A DNA stretch of 63,106 nucleotides, filler included, from Jimgerdemannia flammicorona (taxonomy: Eukaryota), in the NCBI GenBank assembly GCA_003990765.1. It is 3 parts of 3 records of this genome, joined end to end, with 100 filler letters (N's around TTAATTAATTAA, not from the genome) between each part and the next. Parts side by side here need not be neighbours in the genome. Positions count along the whole stretch, not along the records: positions 42,145 to 63,106 come from RBNJ01001556.1; 2 more parts are not named here. One strand, written 5' to 3'. Below, piece by piece: positions 42,145 through 54,488 of the stretch (positions are counted from its first letter, which is position 1; each line of letters opens with the position of its first letter). The notes under the pieces were generated by a model, which worked only from the letters and a program-made list of their open reading frames with translations, searched no databases and was not told the DNA's origin. Made by a program: the position numbers and the translations under genes.

Positions 42145-43310
42145 TAACGGACTCTATGTCCCGCGAAATTTTATTGGAAGAGAACCTAGACTGTATAGGC
42201 CAAAACCCTCCCCCACCACCCACCAAGTACTGCCCCCCTATTAACCTAGGCTAGCTATTGTCCAGCAGCTTGACCATGCCAGGTGCAGCAGGGCAAATAA
42301 GCCCGCACCTCGTTCTGCGCACCATGCTCTCCCTACCACCAGGGGAAACCCAGCCATACACCAACGACCGAAAGCGCACACCCGAGAACCCAATGTATGT
42401 ACAAGGCCACACCTGAGCCGAATAGAATAGCCCCTACTACCCCAAAGAGAATGACAGGCAAAGAAAAAAACTCTCATCAAAGTAAAACATGGTGGGTAGG
42501 GCCTGGTTCTCCCAGTCGAGGTGAGTAAAGGACTTACACATGAGGTGGGAGGAAGCCCCCAATACCCCACTACTCAAGCCTGCAGGCCTCGATCACATTG
42601 CCATATCAGCTCCCGGTTCCAGTTGAGTGCAGCCAAGATGCCTGAAATGGGTAGCCTCGGGCCCCCCAACCCCCCCTGACGACTGGGGCCTCACCCTGCT
42701 ACCCGCCAAAAGAAGCCGAGAGTGACACCTACCACCTAATCGCGCCACACCAATCAAAAGGCCCCACTGAAGCAGCACCTGCCCCAGCCCCAATGACCGC
42801 CCCCAGCCTGGCACCCTACTGGTCCACCATTATCACCCTTCCTCCTATCTGTGATGGCCATCTCCCCTCCCAACCCAACAACACCCAAAAAACAGTCACC
42901 TACGCCAGAACCACACTTGCCGGGAAGCTTGCCAAAGCCAGACGGCCCCACCACAGGTACCAAAGATCTGCAGGTAACCTACACTGGGCACTTGATGCCC
43001 AAGGTCGGCCAACTCCCTATGTAGCCCGAGACACACCGAGACAACTCCTTGTTGGCGATGGCAAAAGGAAGAAGGTGCTGCACCAAAATGGGTACACCCC
43101 AGACGTAGCTGAAGGCACCAGAATCTGTGAAAAAGTGAAGAAAGCACCAATCCGACACCGATAAAGGGGCAACTCATCACCATTGCCCTCCTCCCACCAT
43201 GCCCATGCAGGCACAGCAAACCAACCCGAGGTAGAGGGGGTAATATTAGGGGAAAGGAGACTTGGAAGGTCACCTACCAAACCTTGTGACTGGTAAGGTA
43301 GCGGAGAAAG
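42145..43310 (-). mobile_element. Probable 3' end of a different LINE family
   Basis: G-rich minus strand. The terminal AATAAA...GACATAGAGTC resembles the copy-A 3' end AATAAATGACAGAGTC. No clear RT motif seen. Confidence 0.4.
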
Positions 43311-43823
43311 GAGCATATCTGAGTAATATCCATATCATAGTAGTATTTGACCATATCTTCTAAGAGGTGGCCAACTGATAGTAGCTTGAGATTTGTCTGA
43401 TTTAGTGGGCCTCACTAAGTATGTTCAGGGCATTCCATCAGGCTTCTATAAAGTAGAGAGGTACTAAGCTATGGATATTCATGAGGAGAAGAGGGGGTGT
43501 GGCTCAGTTGACAATGACATTCCAAATGTCAGCACAGATGTGGTTTTAGATCTTAGTGGTCATGTTTGTATATGTTCAGAAGTTGTGATTGTTTGTTTGT
43601 TTTGGTTCTCTGTTTTGATGTATCTTGGTGCTCAGTATATATGCATTTGGTCCTAATTGGTAAGATCTCATTTGTATAAGTCTTGTATTCTGTGACTTTG
43701 TATTGACTCAGCTTCATGATTTTGCAGATGATTTCCAGATTTGTTTGGAGGTTGTATGTGATTTCAGTAGCTTGTTCAGAGGGTGACATGTGATTTTAGT
43801 GGCTTGAAGATTGTGTGCTTACA
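43311..43823 (-). repeat. Fragment of a chromovirus-family LTR (TGTAAG terminus at 43823)
   Basis: Homologous to 21620-22012 and to the reverse complement of about 58285-58780. Confidence 0.8.
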
Positions 43824-46789
43824 CTTTACCTGCAATTTCTCCTCTTGTCTAAGTAGCTCCTTCAATTCTTCCATCTTCTGTCAGATCCCTTGAGCCCTCT
43901 AATCTCTTTCTTACTATCAACTAAAGATTCAGCCTACCTCTCCAGTAGTCTCTCCAATCTCTGTGAGGTCTACCTTATATGACTCCTCCTCTGGGCCCCC
44001 CTCTCCCTCTCAGCCTCACCTCAGTACTGCTGAGCATCAGATTTCAAATGCTACCAATGATCCCCAATCTCCAACCCCTATACCCTCTAGCTAATAATCC
44101 TAATACTAATATTCACTACTCATTTATTCTATAAGATATGATCCCCCAGCAATAAAGTATTTAGGTGCCAATATCCAGACCCCTTCCCACTTCTCCCAAA
44201 TCTCCCACAGTCCAGCAAACTCTAGTGGTCAGACTAAGAGCATCAGACTGTCTCAATTATACTTCAGATATCTGCTCCCCAGTACTCAGTAGTCAATACC
44301 CAGTTAATTCTTAATCTCAGCCCTGCTATCCAGTAAGTATAGATCTGATGATCTCCTCACTCGAGTTGCCCTGTATCTATTAGTGAGCTCAATCTCTGAA
44401 TCTTCTCTCAGTCTTTCATCTTCCCACTCCTATCCATTATCTCCCTCTCTTTATCTATTCTGTTCAGCAGTCTATCATATATCATATTAAAGTTATCCTC
44501 CAGACAGTCAATTCTCTTAGCTATCATAACATCTATATCTCTTAGTTCTCTTATCTACTCCATATGCTCCCTCCTTTCTGCTGGGCAATAATATGATCCA
44601 ATTGTCAAGAAGCTCTAGCCTAGTCTCCTCCACACTTCTCACACTACTCTGCCACCCTAATGTTCAATATCCCCAATGTTCCCCTTGTCCTTTCTAATTA
44701 GAATGTCCACCCAATCCTGCTATACTGCTATATCTCTCCATTATCTTATCTAATCCTATATATCTAAGCCAGCATCATAGCCTATATTCTGCAATAAGAA
44801 CAGATCTGCATCCAGCTCCTTCAACTAGCTGAAGATATTCTGATACCTTATTATACTCCTCAAACTATTGATATTTAAAGAGAAGATTCTAATTATACTA
44901 TTCATATTGAATAATGTTTAGAGAGTAAGTACCTACTCTATAATTTCATATTCACCATATCACCAGCAACATCCAGGTTCTGCTCTACCTCTAGCTCATC
45001 TGCCTCTCTCTGTTGAGCATCTAGTACTTTTAAGATCTCCTGATAGTCTATACCATCTACTGTCTCTATGTCAGACCAGTAGTTCTTGTATCCCACTTAC
45101 CACTTCTCTAACTCCTTCCTAGATCTTTACAGATATATTACCTACTCATTTGCAATAGTTAGAAGTACTACCTCCCTGACATCATCTATCTTATATTTCT
45201 CTGTCTCTAACAGGCCCACCAATAGTTTATTATAAAGCTTCTGAACCACCTCCTCTTCTCACAGGATCTTACCTCAGTATCACTTGCTAATTACTCTAAA
45301 ATCCACCTCACCTAACTCATCTGCTGCAATATTTGCCAATATCTTCCACAGCTACTTCTCCTCTCTATAGCCTCACTGATACCTAGGGCCATCTTCTGTC
45401 CCCCTGCCTCCAGACCCCCCTCTATATTTATCCTCACTAACTAATCCCAGTACTCCTCTAGTATATTCTGCAGCTCATCAGTTCTCCTCTCTCCTGTAAG
45501 TACCCTATACACACTTGGGCCTTCTCTGCTATCATTATATTCTTAATTACTATAATTTATTTGGAGCTTCCCTCTTTCTCTAGAGTCTCTATAGGAGTTT
45601 TCTTCTTTTTCTCCACCCAAGTACTTATTCTTGATCTACTACTGACTATAGTAGCATCACCCTCTGCCCTCTCTCCCAGATTTGCCAATAGGTCTTTCTG
45701 ATATTACCTCTCTTATACTCTCTCTCATATAGTCTTATCCAGTCACACTCTTCTGCTATTTACTATTTCAATTACCATCCTAGTCTCAAACTCTCTCTAG
45801 GCCAGCCTTCTCTTCTCCATAGCTCTAGTCAGATCCTCTAATACCTCCAGTAAGTCCTCCTTCTCTTCTGATATCTCTTTCACCCTCAAGACCTTATACT
45901 CTACTGGTCCCCACTTCAGTACCATCAGCCAATCCTATTCTTTTCCAGTATTCTTCTTGCCTGTTAGTCTAATCTAAATATCTACATTATCAGTCTAGAA
46001 CTTAGTCTCTTCCCAGACTCAGAAGCCAACATCTACTACATTATTATACTCCTTAATGATATCCACAATCAGTCTTCTGATCACTTTCTTCTTTACTGTA
46101 GATATATTCACCACTACTAGTTACACTATCCTAGAGTTTCAGTACAGACATTGAGCTATAGGAATCACTACTCCTCTTACTACTACTCCTTTCTCCAATA
46201 CTCCCAACATCAACTCCTCCTCCTCAAAGCCCACCTCTACTTCTTCCAGTCTCTTTAAGAACTTCACTGAAGCTGCTCCTTTCACCTCCTGAGTCAGAAG
46301 ACTCAGAACTATTTTTGCTATAACTATCAAGCCTTAGAAGTACAAAGTGATAGTGAATTTAGATACTGACTTCTTAAGTAATAGTACCACTACCAAACCC
46401 ATTACACTATTGGCCAGATCTTCAGACCTTATGCCTCTCCCCAGTCTAGCCCCACCATCAGCTATCATATCTGGATTTTTTTTTCAGATTAGTAGTTCTC
46501 TCTCTATTAGCAGCCTCACTCTCATCAACCTCTACTCCCTCAGCCCTACCACTACTGCCACTATGGGCCCCCTTGCTAGGCTCTGCAGCCCTCTTCTTCT
46601 CCTTGCCCATCTGTAGCCAGTCCTTTAGTCTAGTCACCAGATGCCCTACCTTGACCTTATTAACAAAGCTCATTCTCCCAGACTCCTGCCTGCTAGTCCC
46701 CTCTCATCTATCTCCTTATCTACCAGCAAGAGTGCCCAGCAGGTAGTGCTCTGCAAACCCGACCCAATTAACCTGAAACCCAACCTGTA

Positions 46790-47030
46790 AAACAGCCAAC
46801 CCAGAATTAGATATTACCCATCTTTAACTCAACTTGGAATTATACATCACCTATCTTTAATCTGACCCAGAATTATATGTCACCCATCTTTAACCCAATC
46901 TAGAATTATATGACACCTGTCTTTAACCCAACCCAGAAAGATACATTACCCATCTTTAACCTGACCCAGAATTAAACATAACCCATCTTTAACCTGACCT
47001 GGAAATATATGTCACCTGACCCATTATTTA
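46790..47030 (+). repeat. hAT left subterminal array of about 33-bp units (CCCATCTTTAACCTGACCCAGAATTATATGTCA-like)
   Basis: About 7 tandem degenerate copies, inverted relative to 52430-52765. Confidence 0.85.
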
Positions 47031-47129
47031 CCCTTAACCCAAACCTAAACCCAACCCCTGAACCAACCCTGAACTCAATCCCTGAACCCAACCCTGAACC
47101 CAACCCTCTGAACTCTGCCCTGAAAAAAT

Positions 47130-49512
47130 GATTCAGAAAATATTTGGATAATATTCAGAGCAATTGAAAGTGAAAAATATCTGAAGACCACCAAGAATCT
47201 AAATATATACATGCATTAATTGTATTTACACACAAGCTGTTTCGATATTTAGTCACTAGCTCACCAGCAATAGAAAAAATATATTCAGATGGAACAGATG
47301 TCACCAAAATAGTAAGATAATCACAAGCCATTCATGAAATATTAGGATATACTGACTGATTTCACTGCCACCAATTCAGTATATCTATATGAGGATCAGC
47401 TGGATTCTCTGACAAATAACTGAAACAGAGAAATATGAGTGAAAATTAATCAAGTTAACCAAAAAACATAAAAACAATACCCACTATTTAAGCTTATCAT
47501 TCACATTGACATACTGTTTTGTCTCATATATTGAGTTGATAAAATCATTGACATCATGAGATATTGAGGGTATAATGACAGCATTAACAGGCTTATACTC
47601 CTTTTCCCAGATATATTCCATCTGATTCTTCCATTCATCAATTAAGGATTTTTTCCATTGCTCACAATGGAAATATGCATATTGATACATAGATCTAAGG
47701 CTGAAGCTATGCTGTATAATGGTGTCATCTTGCAGTAATACTTTAGAAGTTTCATATATACATTCTCAGCAGCAGTAAGCATTATCTATAAAAAATAAAA
47801 ATATACACATATTACTTCCCAATTACTTACTAAATTAGTTCCTAAATTCACAAATAAAATTACTTTCAAAATCATATATATACCTGATTAAAATGTTTAC
47901 CAGTTTTATATGTATTGATGATATCTTCAAGGTGATCATATAGCTGATTAAATAGTGGGATAACAGCCGCTATTATAGGATACTTCAAAGCTGACATCAT
48001 AGTTGTCACTTTGGCAAAAGGCTCAAGAAATCGGCAAATCAATTCAAATTGTTACTATGTATCTTCAGATATATTGCTCATTTGTTTATCTATGACACAC
48101 AATATATCTAAGCTCTATTTGGATGTAATATCAATTTATTTAGTACCAAAATACTTTCAAATCATATCTCAAAATCTATACAAATAGATTCAAAATCTTA
48201 CCTTACGAATCTCCAGAGCACGTGCTAATATTTCATGTATAGAACTCCATCTCATTGTAATATCTAAGAGAGGCTTCAAAATGGGAATTCTAGAGAATTC
48301 ACAGACCTTCGCCAGTTGTACTTATCATTGCACTAAATTTTTGATCTTCTTTATTAACTTCTGTAGCTTTCCAATAGGCTTGCTAAGAGAACCAAGAGTA
48401 TCATAAACGATGAGATTCAATATATACCTGAAACAGTATACATAAGCAAGCAGATGATGGAGATTCTCAAATAGAGTATCATTATTACTAATATTGTCAC
48501 ATATAATAGTAATGATTTAATTGTCACTAGGTAATAAATCATCTATTACCAGCTTTAGACTTTTCACAAGATTGGCATCTATGTGTATTATTTTGCTGAT
48601 ATTCACAAAGTCTAAGATAATGTCATGCATCTTCTAATTACTGTCAATCCAATGGGCTGTTATTCCAAGGAAGGCCTTGATGTTAATGTCTGATATCTAA
48701 TAATCAAGTATAAGTGATACCTTCAACTTGAGCCCTGCTAGCCTTGCTTTCACTTAAGTCCACAATAGTTTGAATTTCTTTTGAATAACTCACAAAATCA
48801 TATCAGCTGATGGAAGGGCCAGATTAGGGTATAATATGTAAAGGAGATACTTGAAGCCAGTGTTTTTGATAGTAGAGAATGGCTAATATCTAGTGATAAT
48901 GAAGTTGGCAATTAATCAATGGAAATTTTCATCACTTAAAGTCTTGCTAGTGTGTTCCTATTTGTAATAATAAAATTTGATGAATTATTTTTCTAATAAC
49001 CTCCTAAGTACTTCCCAAATTCCATTCTATCCATACTCACAATATCATCTTTCTTAGACCAGTGAGGATTCTCAGCATACTGGAGAGGTAAGAGCATGGT
49101 ATTGTGATGCTTTCAGAGATATTGTTTAAGATTGTTGATATTGCCATCCTTCGATATATAGCTCCAAGTTATGCAATAGTTGTAACTAATGAGCTTACTT
49201 TGTAAATTCTATTTGAATAGAGAGATATGAGACTATATTAGAACCTCAACTACTTACAACTGACCACCCACCCTTTTGACTGATGAGACCAATCACCCCT
49301 ATGAATGCAACCATTAGCACAATATATAAAACTACCTTTGTAGCATGATTCCATACTCAGCTATCACCAGGTTTTGTTTTTATTTTTATTCTCATGCTCA
49401 TTGGTGATAATGAACTGGTGGAGATATCTGATATATCCTCTGATATATCTTCTGATATATCATCTGATGGTTCTGAGATTTCTCCTAAATGTACTTCTTG
49501 ATCTTAAGACAT
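47130..49512 (-). pseudogene. hAT transposase (BED zinc finger, DDE core, dimerisation domain), intron-containing and decayed
   Basis: Remnants: S*VWNH and C..C...NLKQYL*KHH (BED), KVSLILDY*...FLGITAHWID, LLDITMRWSS (TRWNS-like), FLEPFAKVT and YLTILVTSVPSEYIFS. Confidence 0.85.
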
Positions 49513-49855
49513 TTTGAATATTTGATGATGGCAGAGACTGAGAGCTTGAGTGGGAGGCTGAGAGCTGGAAAGTGACTAGAAAGTGGCGAGCTAAGGAGTG
49601 GTGAACTGGGAAATGAGCTGGGGGGGCAGTGAACTAGAGGGCAGGGAGTTGGGGGGAGGCAGTGAGTAGCAGGAAAAGTCAGGAACTGTGGGGCCTGGAA
49701 CAGGAGTCAGCAAGCTAGAGGGTAGTGAGAGAGAGAGCAGTGAGATGGTGTGTGATAGCCAATGATCAATTGTGGACAGAGGATGGATGAATAAATATAC
49801 ATAGGTAGTGAACTGGTACCTATCATGCAACTGCAAATAGCAAATATACTTTAGA

Positions 49856-50270
49856 GATTCAGTATATTCTGCATTGAGTAAGGTGCAATGACATTTGAGT
49901 GAGATTTGTGATGTGTTTGAGTGAGATTTACAGTAAGGTTTGAGCAAGATTTGCAAGCAAGATTTATATGTAAGATTAAAGTGAGATTTGTATAAGCCAG
50001 GCTTTACAAGTCTTGCACTTGCAAGCCTGGACAAGCTCAGTCACAAGCTGATATGATGTGTATATAAGCTGATATCACATGATATCAGCTATCGGCTGAG
50101 CTTACAAGTACAAGGCTTGCAAAGCCTGGCTTATGCAAATCTCACTTGTAAATCTTGCTTGAACCTCGCTACAAATCTCACTGTAAATCTCACTCAAATG
50201 CACCACAAATCTTGCTCAAACATCATTGCAAACCTCACTCAATTGGGGCTTACACAGAACCCACTGAATC
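49856..50270. repeat. About 415-bp imperfect palindrome (hairpin 1)
   Basis: Arms such as TTTGAGTGAGATTTACAG / CTGTAAATCTCACTCAAA and TAAGCCAGGCTTT / AAAGCCTGGCTTA. Core AGCTGATATCACATGATATCAGCT at 50067-50090. Confidence 0.85.
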
Positions 50271-50277
50271 ATACAGA

Positions 50278-50480
50278 GAGGAGTGGAATATAGTGAGGAA
50301 AGCTCCAGATTGCAAGCATAAGCATAAGTGTAAGCTTTGCTCTGCTCAGTCTGATAAGCTGATAATAAGCTGATATCATGTAATATTAGCTATCAGCTGA
50401 GTAGAGCAAAGCTTGTACTTATGCTTATGCTTATGCTTACACTTACAATTCAAAGCTTTCCTCACTGCATTCTACTCCTC
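50278..50480. repeat. About 200-bp imperfect palindrome (hairpin 2)
   Basis: Arms GAGGAGTGGAATATAGTGAGGAAAGCT / AGCTTTCCTCACTGCATTCTACTCCTC. Core AGCTGATATCATGTAATATTAGCT at 50368-50391. Confidence 0.85.
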
Positions 50481-50589
50481 TTGCATTCCACTTCTCTTAT
50501 ATTCCACTTCTCTTGCATAACCCTCACATATTTCTCTATCTCTCTCACCCTCATTCCTCAGATTACAAATAACATACAATTTAGAAATG

Positions 50590-50695
50590 GGTTTTGAAAG
50601 AGATTTCGAAGAGATTCTGAAAGAGATTTTGAAGAGATTCAGAAAGAGCTTCTGAAAGAGATTTCAGAGAGATTCTGAAAGAGCTTCTGAAAGAT
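50590..50695 (+). repeat. Tandem array of 11-12-bp GAAAGAGATTCT-like units
   Basis: About 9 degenerate units visible directly. Confidence 0.75.
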
Positions 50696-50826
50696 GTTAT
50701 AGCTTTTGAATATTTAAGATATCGAAAGCTTACTTTCACCTCTCATTCTTTTCATCTCATCCTTCACTTTGCCTTGTCCTTTGCTTTGCCTTACTTAATT
50801 TACTACTATGTTGAGAAAACATAGAT

Positions 50827-52247
50827 ATGACCACCCAGCTAATAAGTATTTACTTGGCCCTCCCCAAGCTTGACATGCTTCAGCTTACTATCTCAAAGCT
50901 CAGTGCCCTAAAGATGCCCAGCTTGCCAACACCCAGCCTGCTGAGCTTGCCAATACCCAGTCTGCTAAGCTTGCTGATACTCAGCCTGCTGAGCTTGTCA
51001 ACACCCAGCCTGCTGAGCTTGCCGACACCTAGGTTGCTGAGCTCACTAACTCCCAGCTCACTGACCCTCAGCTCTCCAATCTCCAGCTTGACTGCCAGCT
51101 CACTGCTGGTCTGCAAGCACAAGGTCCCCTACCAGATCCTAATAATGCAGCTCAAAAAAGTTAGTTTTTTTTTTTTTTTCTTTTTAAATCAATGTCTGAA
51201 TTTTTTTCCTAATAACATTTGAAATATACATATCCTCCAGCTTCTAAGCCTGGGCCAGAGCACAAATCTTGCTATAATTGCCATTTTTGCCATCAAGTTT
51301 ACCCAAACACTACCTAGAAGCATTGCCAAACCAATTTTCCAGATGCCCCAAACCTTATGGAGAAAAGGCCTTACAAATCAGACATTAGGCATACTTTCAC
51401 TGTAGCCAACAAATGCATTAAGAAAGTACATGATGACCAACTGAGGCAAGAAGTCATAAGAGCAATAGAAAACTGTATAAAAATCATAGAATATTCATCA
51501 TACCACACTGACTTCAAGGTAAATACCAAAGTATGGAACAAGCGAGATTGTCTAGATAGAATTATTGTCATAGATAAACACAAAAAACTGCTGACTATAT
51601 TTGAACAAGTACTAGTAAAGAATGACAAAACACTTTATATATAACTGATAGATAGCAGGCTTGTATATTTTGTTGAGGGGGGTGGTAGTGGAGGAGATGG
51701 AGAGGTGAGAGAGATTGGTGCTGGTGGAGGAGTCAGCGCCAGTGAAGAGATCAGTAGAGAGGTCAGCATGGGGGAGGTCAGTGCAGGGGAGGTCGGCATG
51801 GGAGAGGTTGGCATGGAGGAATATAGAGAGGTTGGCATGGGGGAGGTCAGCATGGAGGAATATGGGGAGGTTGGTGCAGAGGAGATCGGTATGGAGAAAC
51901 ATGGGAAGGTCAGTGTGGAGGAATACAGAGAGGTCAGTGCAGAGGAACATAGGGAGGTCAGCATGGAGGAATATGGAGAGATCGGTACAGAGGATAAAAT
52001 GGAGGTTGGTACAGAGAAGGTCAGTGCAGAGAAGGATATGAAGGAGGAGAATATAGAGAAAAGCAGTTCAGAATATATAGAGGAGGAGGATATAGAGGAA
52101 AGCAGTTCAGAATATATAGAGGAAGATGGTTTGAAATATAAGAAGGAGGAGGATCAGTTAGTTTATAGTGATAAAGAGGAGAAGGATCAGTTGGTTTATA
52201 GCAATGAAGAGGAGGAGAATTAGTTGGTTTATAGCAATGAAGAGTAA
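50827..52247 (+). pseudogene. Second (cargo) gene inside the hAT; unknown protein with 24-bp repeats, a Cys/His cluster and an acidic repeat tail
   Basis: LANTQPAE-type 24-bp repeats at 50920-51040 and an intron-like GTTAG(T)n...CCAG at about 51160-51240. Then SCYNCHFCHQVYPNTT*KHC, in frame with ORFs 51357-51644 and 51705-52223, which are separated by a single TAA. Confidence 0.5.
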
Positions 52248-52429
52248 GATCTGTTCATACTAGTAAGTTTTTTATTTTCCTAATTTACTTCCTATTTATT
52301 TCTGATTTCATTTTTATTTCTGATTCCTAATTATGTTTCTGTTTGTTTATTCTAAATATATATCTTAGATGTGCAATATATTTTTTTTGGTACCTTATAG
52401 CTTAAAGGCAGATTAAAGACAGGTCTGTA

Positions 52430-52765
52430 TTGGGTTAAATATAGATCAGGGTCAGGTTATATACATATATTTCTTGGGTCAGGTCATATATATTTCTCAG
52501 GTTGGGTCATATATATTTCTCAAGTTGGGTTAAAGATGGCTACATATAATTCTAGGTCAGGTTAAAGATGGATGATGTATGTTTCCAGATTAGGTTAAAG
52601 ATGGGTGATATATAATTCCAGGTTGGGTTAAAGACAGGTGATGTATTATTCTGGGTCAGGTTAAAGACAGGTGACATATAATTCTGAGTCAGGTTAAAGA
52701 TGGGTGATGTATAATTCCAGGTCAGGTTAAAGACAGGTAACATATAATTCCAGGTCAGGTTAAAT
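52430..52765 (-). repeat. hAT right subterminal array of about 33-bp units
   Basis: GGTCAGGTTAAAGATGGGTGATGTATAATTCCA-like repeats, the reverse complement of the left array. Confidence 0.85.
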
Positions 52766-52979
52766 ATATACATGGGTTGGCTTGGGTTGTGATGCACTAC
52801 CAGCAGGCTCTCCTCTAATCTGTGACTCTTCTCTACATACTGTCAGTTGAATACACTGGGGCCACTCTACCCTATATGCTTCTTAAAATGCTCATTAGTT
52901 GCTATATTATTATCACCTTTTCTTCAAAAATGATGTCAAAAGTGTTGTCAGAAGTTTGTATAACCCAAATTATACCAGA

Positions 52980-53383
52980 GAAAGGTGAAGATATACCTAT
53001 CAATGAGCTACTGCAAAGAAGTTGTAAGCTTTATTCCTTTTTTACTCCAGTCTACTTTCTGATATAAAGAAGTTTGCCAATTTTGGTCTGCTTATCAGAT
53101 TAAGTCTGAAGAGAAGTCTGTCACATTTCTGATATACTGTCTGAAGATTTACTACTAAAGTTTAAGAGAAGAACTTAGCTGCCAAGTTAGAGAAATTGAT
53201 CAAATTTGCTACATTATGCAGAACCTACACTATTTAGGAAATTATCTATATTACATAAACCAGAGAACTTGCACTTTTAGAAACTGAACATTTTGTTACT
53301 TTTGATAAAGTAACTGGGGGTTCAAGCCAAGCTACATTGCTGCCCCACCTTGTAATTTGCCTCTATTGAGCTGGCACATTACA
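52980..53383 (+). repeat. Partial or solo LTR of the family at 56138-56651
   Basis: Shares TCTACTTTCTGATATAAAGAAG, AAAGTAACT and TCTATTGAGC blocks with 56230-56651, and ends ...CATTACA. Confidence 0.65.
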
Positions 53384-54410
53384 ATATATTTTTTAACAAT
53401 TTGTCTCGGGTTTATGGCAGAAAGCGTAAACCTCCATGGGAGCGAACATAATTTTGTGAGAAATCCATCAAACCGACTCGATATACCAATCGCTTTAATT
53501 CAACACAACTTCATAGTCTAATACCTCCAAATCCACAAACCTCACTCTCCATCATAATGAGACATATAAGCCATTCGTCAGGTCGCAAAAATAGTTTTCA
53601 AATCGGATCTCTTCGATTTTCCATGTCGTTCGAAGCTTCTGAAGGACTTTGGGAGAAGCTGCATCCGCCATTGTGGGATTTGTGAGCCACCAGACAAATT
53701 GATTTTTTAATGGTTCCAATGATGCAGTTCGTCCTGTCGATAAGAATAATTCCGAAATGACAAATACGGCATGGATCCGTGAGCTACATTTGTGGGGGGA
53801 CGTCCAACGTAGGTGACCTGCGCTTTAATCTTCAACTTTCCGCTATAGATTTCGACACGGCCTCTGAATCAAAACCTACGTTGCGATGCACGACTTTACG
53901 AAGTTCTAATTGCTAAAAGAAGACTCGAATGATTATACCTAAGATCAATGTCAGGGGTACGAACACTAAGCTTTGGACATACAATACCGACAGTCCTCGT
54001 TAATTTACTTCTGGCACAATTTGATGCAACACAAAAGGCAGGCTAATATCAAATAGGGTTCATTTGAAAAGTCGCATTGTTCAACCATGCAGGAAGCGAC
54101 AAACCGATTTTCCGGCGTGGTTTTGTCGTGGCCATGCAACATTGTAGGCATGCACATTCATCGATTTACCCCCTTTTGCTTCTTTAGTGATTATTCCTGT
54201 TTCCAGCTGTTCCGTCCAAGGTGAGCCACTCAATCGGGGGTCATCAACAGGTTAACTTTTATTCGGAGCAGCACAGGGGTCATTAATTTACACCAGACTC
54301 GAATAGTATTCTCAATGGTCCGATTCGTCACACGTTGAGTCCACAACGGCGACTGGAAAGACCGCAGGAGAAGCCGTTCTCACGCCACTAAAGCATCGAT
54401 GAGGCTAAAT

Positions 54411-54422
54411 TTATATATAAAG
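54411..54422 (+). promoter_or_regulatory. TATA box of the small secreted peptide gene
   Basis: TTATATATAAAG about 70 bp upstream of the ATG at 54489. Confidence 0.6.
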
Positions 54423-54488
54423 GAGACGAACATTGTTGCATCAAATCTTCACTAACAGTTCAATACCTCTTTCAATAACAAAAACGCA

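Larger units (their letters stand above)
46744..52799 (-). mobile_element. hAT-superfamily DNA transposon, about 6.06 kb
   Basis: Perfect 8-bp TSD CCAGCAGG (46736-46743 / 52800-52807), short TIR TAGTGC...GCACTA, inverted subterminal repeat arrays and a transposase remnant. Confidence 0.92.
43824..52975 (-). mobile_element. LINE copy C (5' half: ORF1 and endonuclease), interrupted by a hAT at 46744-52799
   Basis: ORF1 remnant GAASVKFLKRLEEVEVGFEE (46139-46330) and endonuclease remnants at 44.1-44.9 kb. A 5' UTR resembling copies A and B resumes after the TSD at about 52.8-52.97 kb. Confidence 0.8.

Noticed and set aside
36537..43823. Apparent continuation of the chromovirus 5' LTR at 43311-43823 after the LINE
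   Set aside because: It crosses an artificial contig join, about 120 bp of LTR is unaccounted for, and the family is multicopy.
46790..47030. About 33-bp periodic repeats resembling a CRISPR array (also 52430-52765)
   Set aside because: No unique spacers and no cas genes, in a eukaryotic context. They are inverted hAT subterminal repeats.
47030..47125. CCCTGAACCCAA repeats resembling telomeric CCCTAA
   Set aside because: The unit is 12 bp, degenerate and internal to the hAT, at the 3' end of the transposase.
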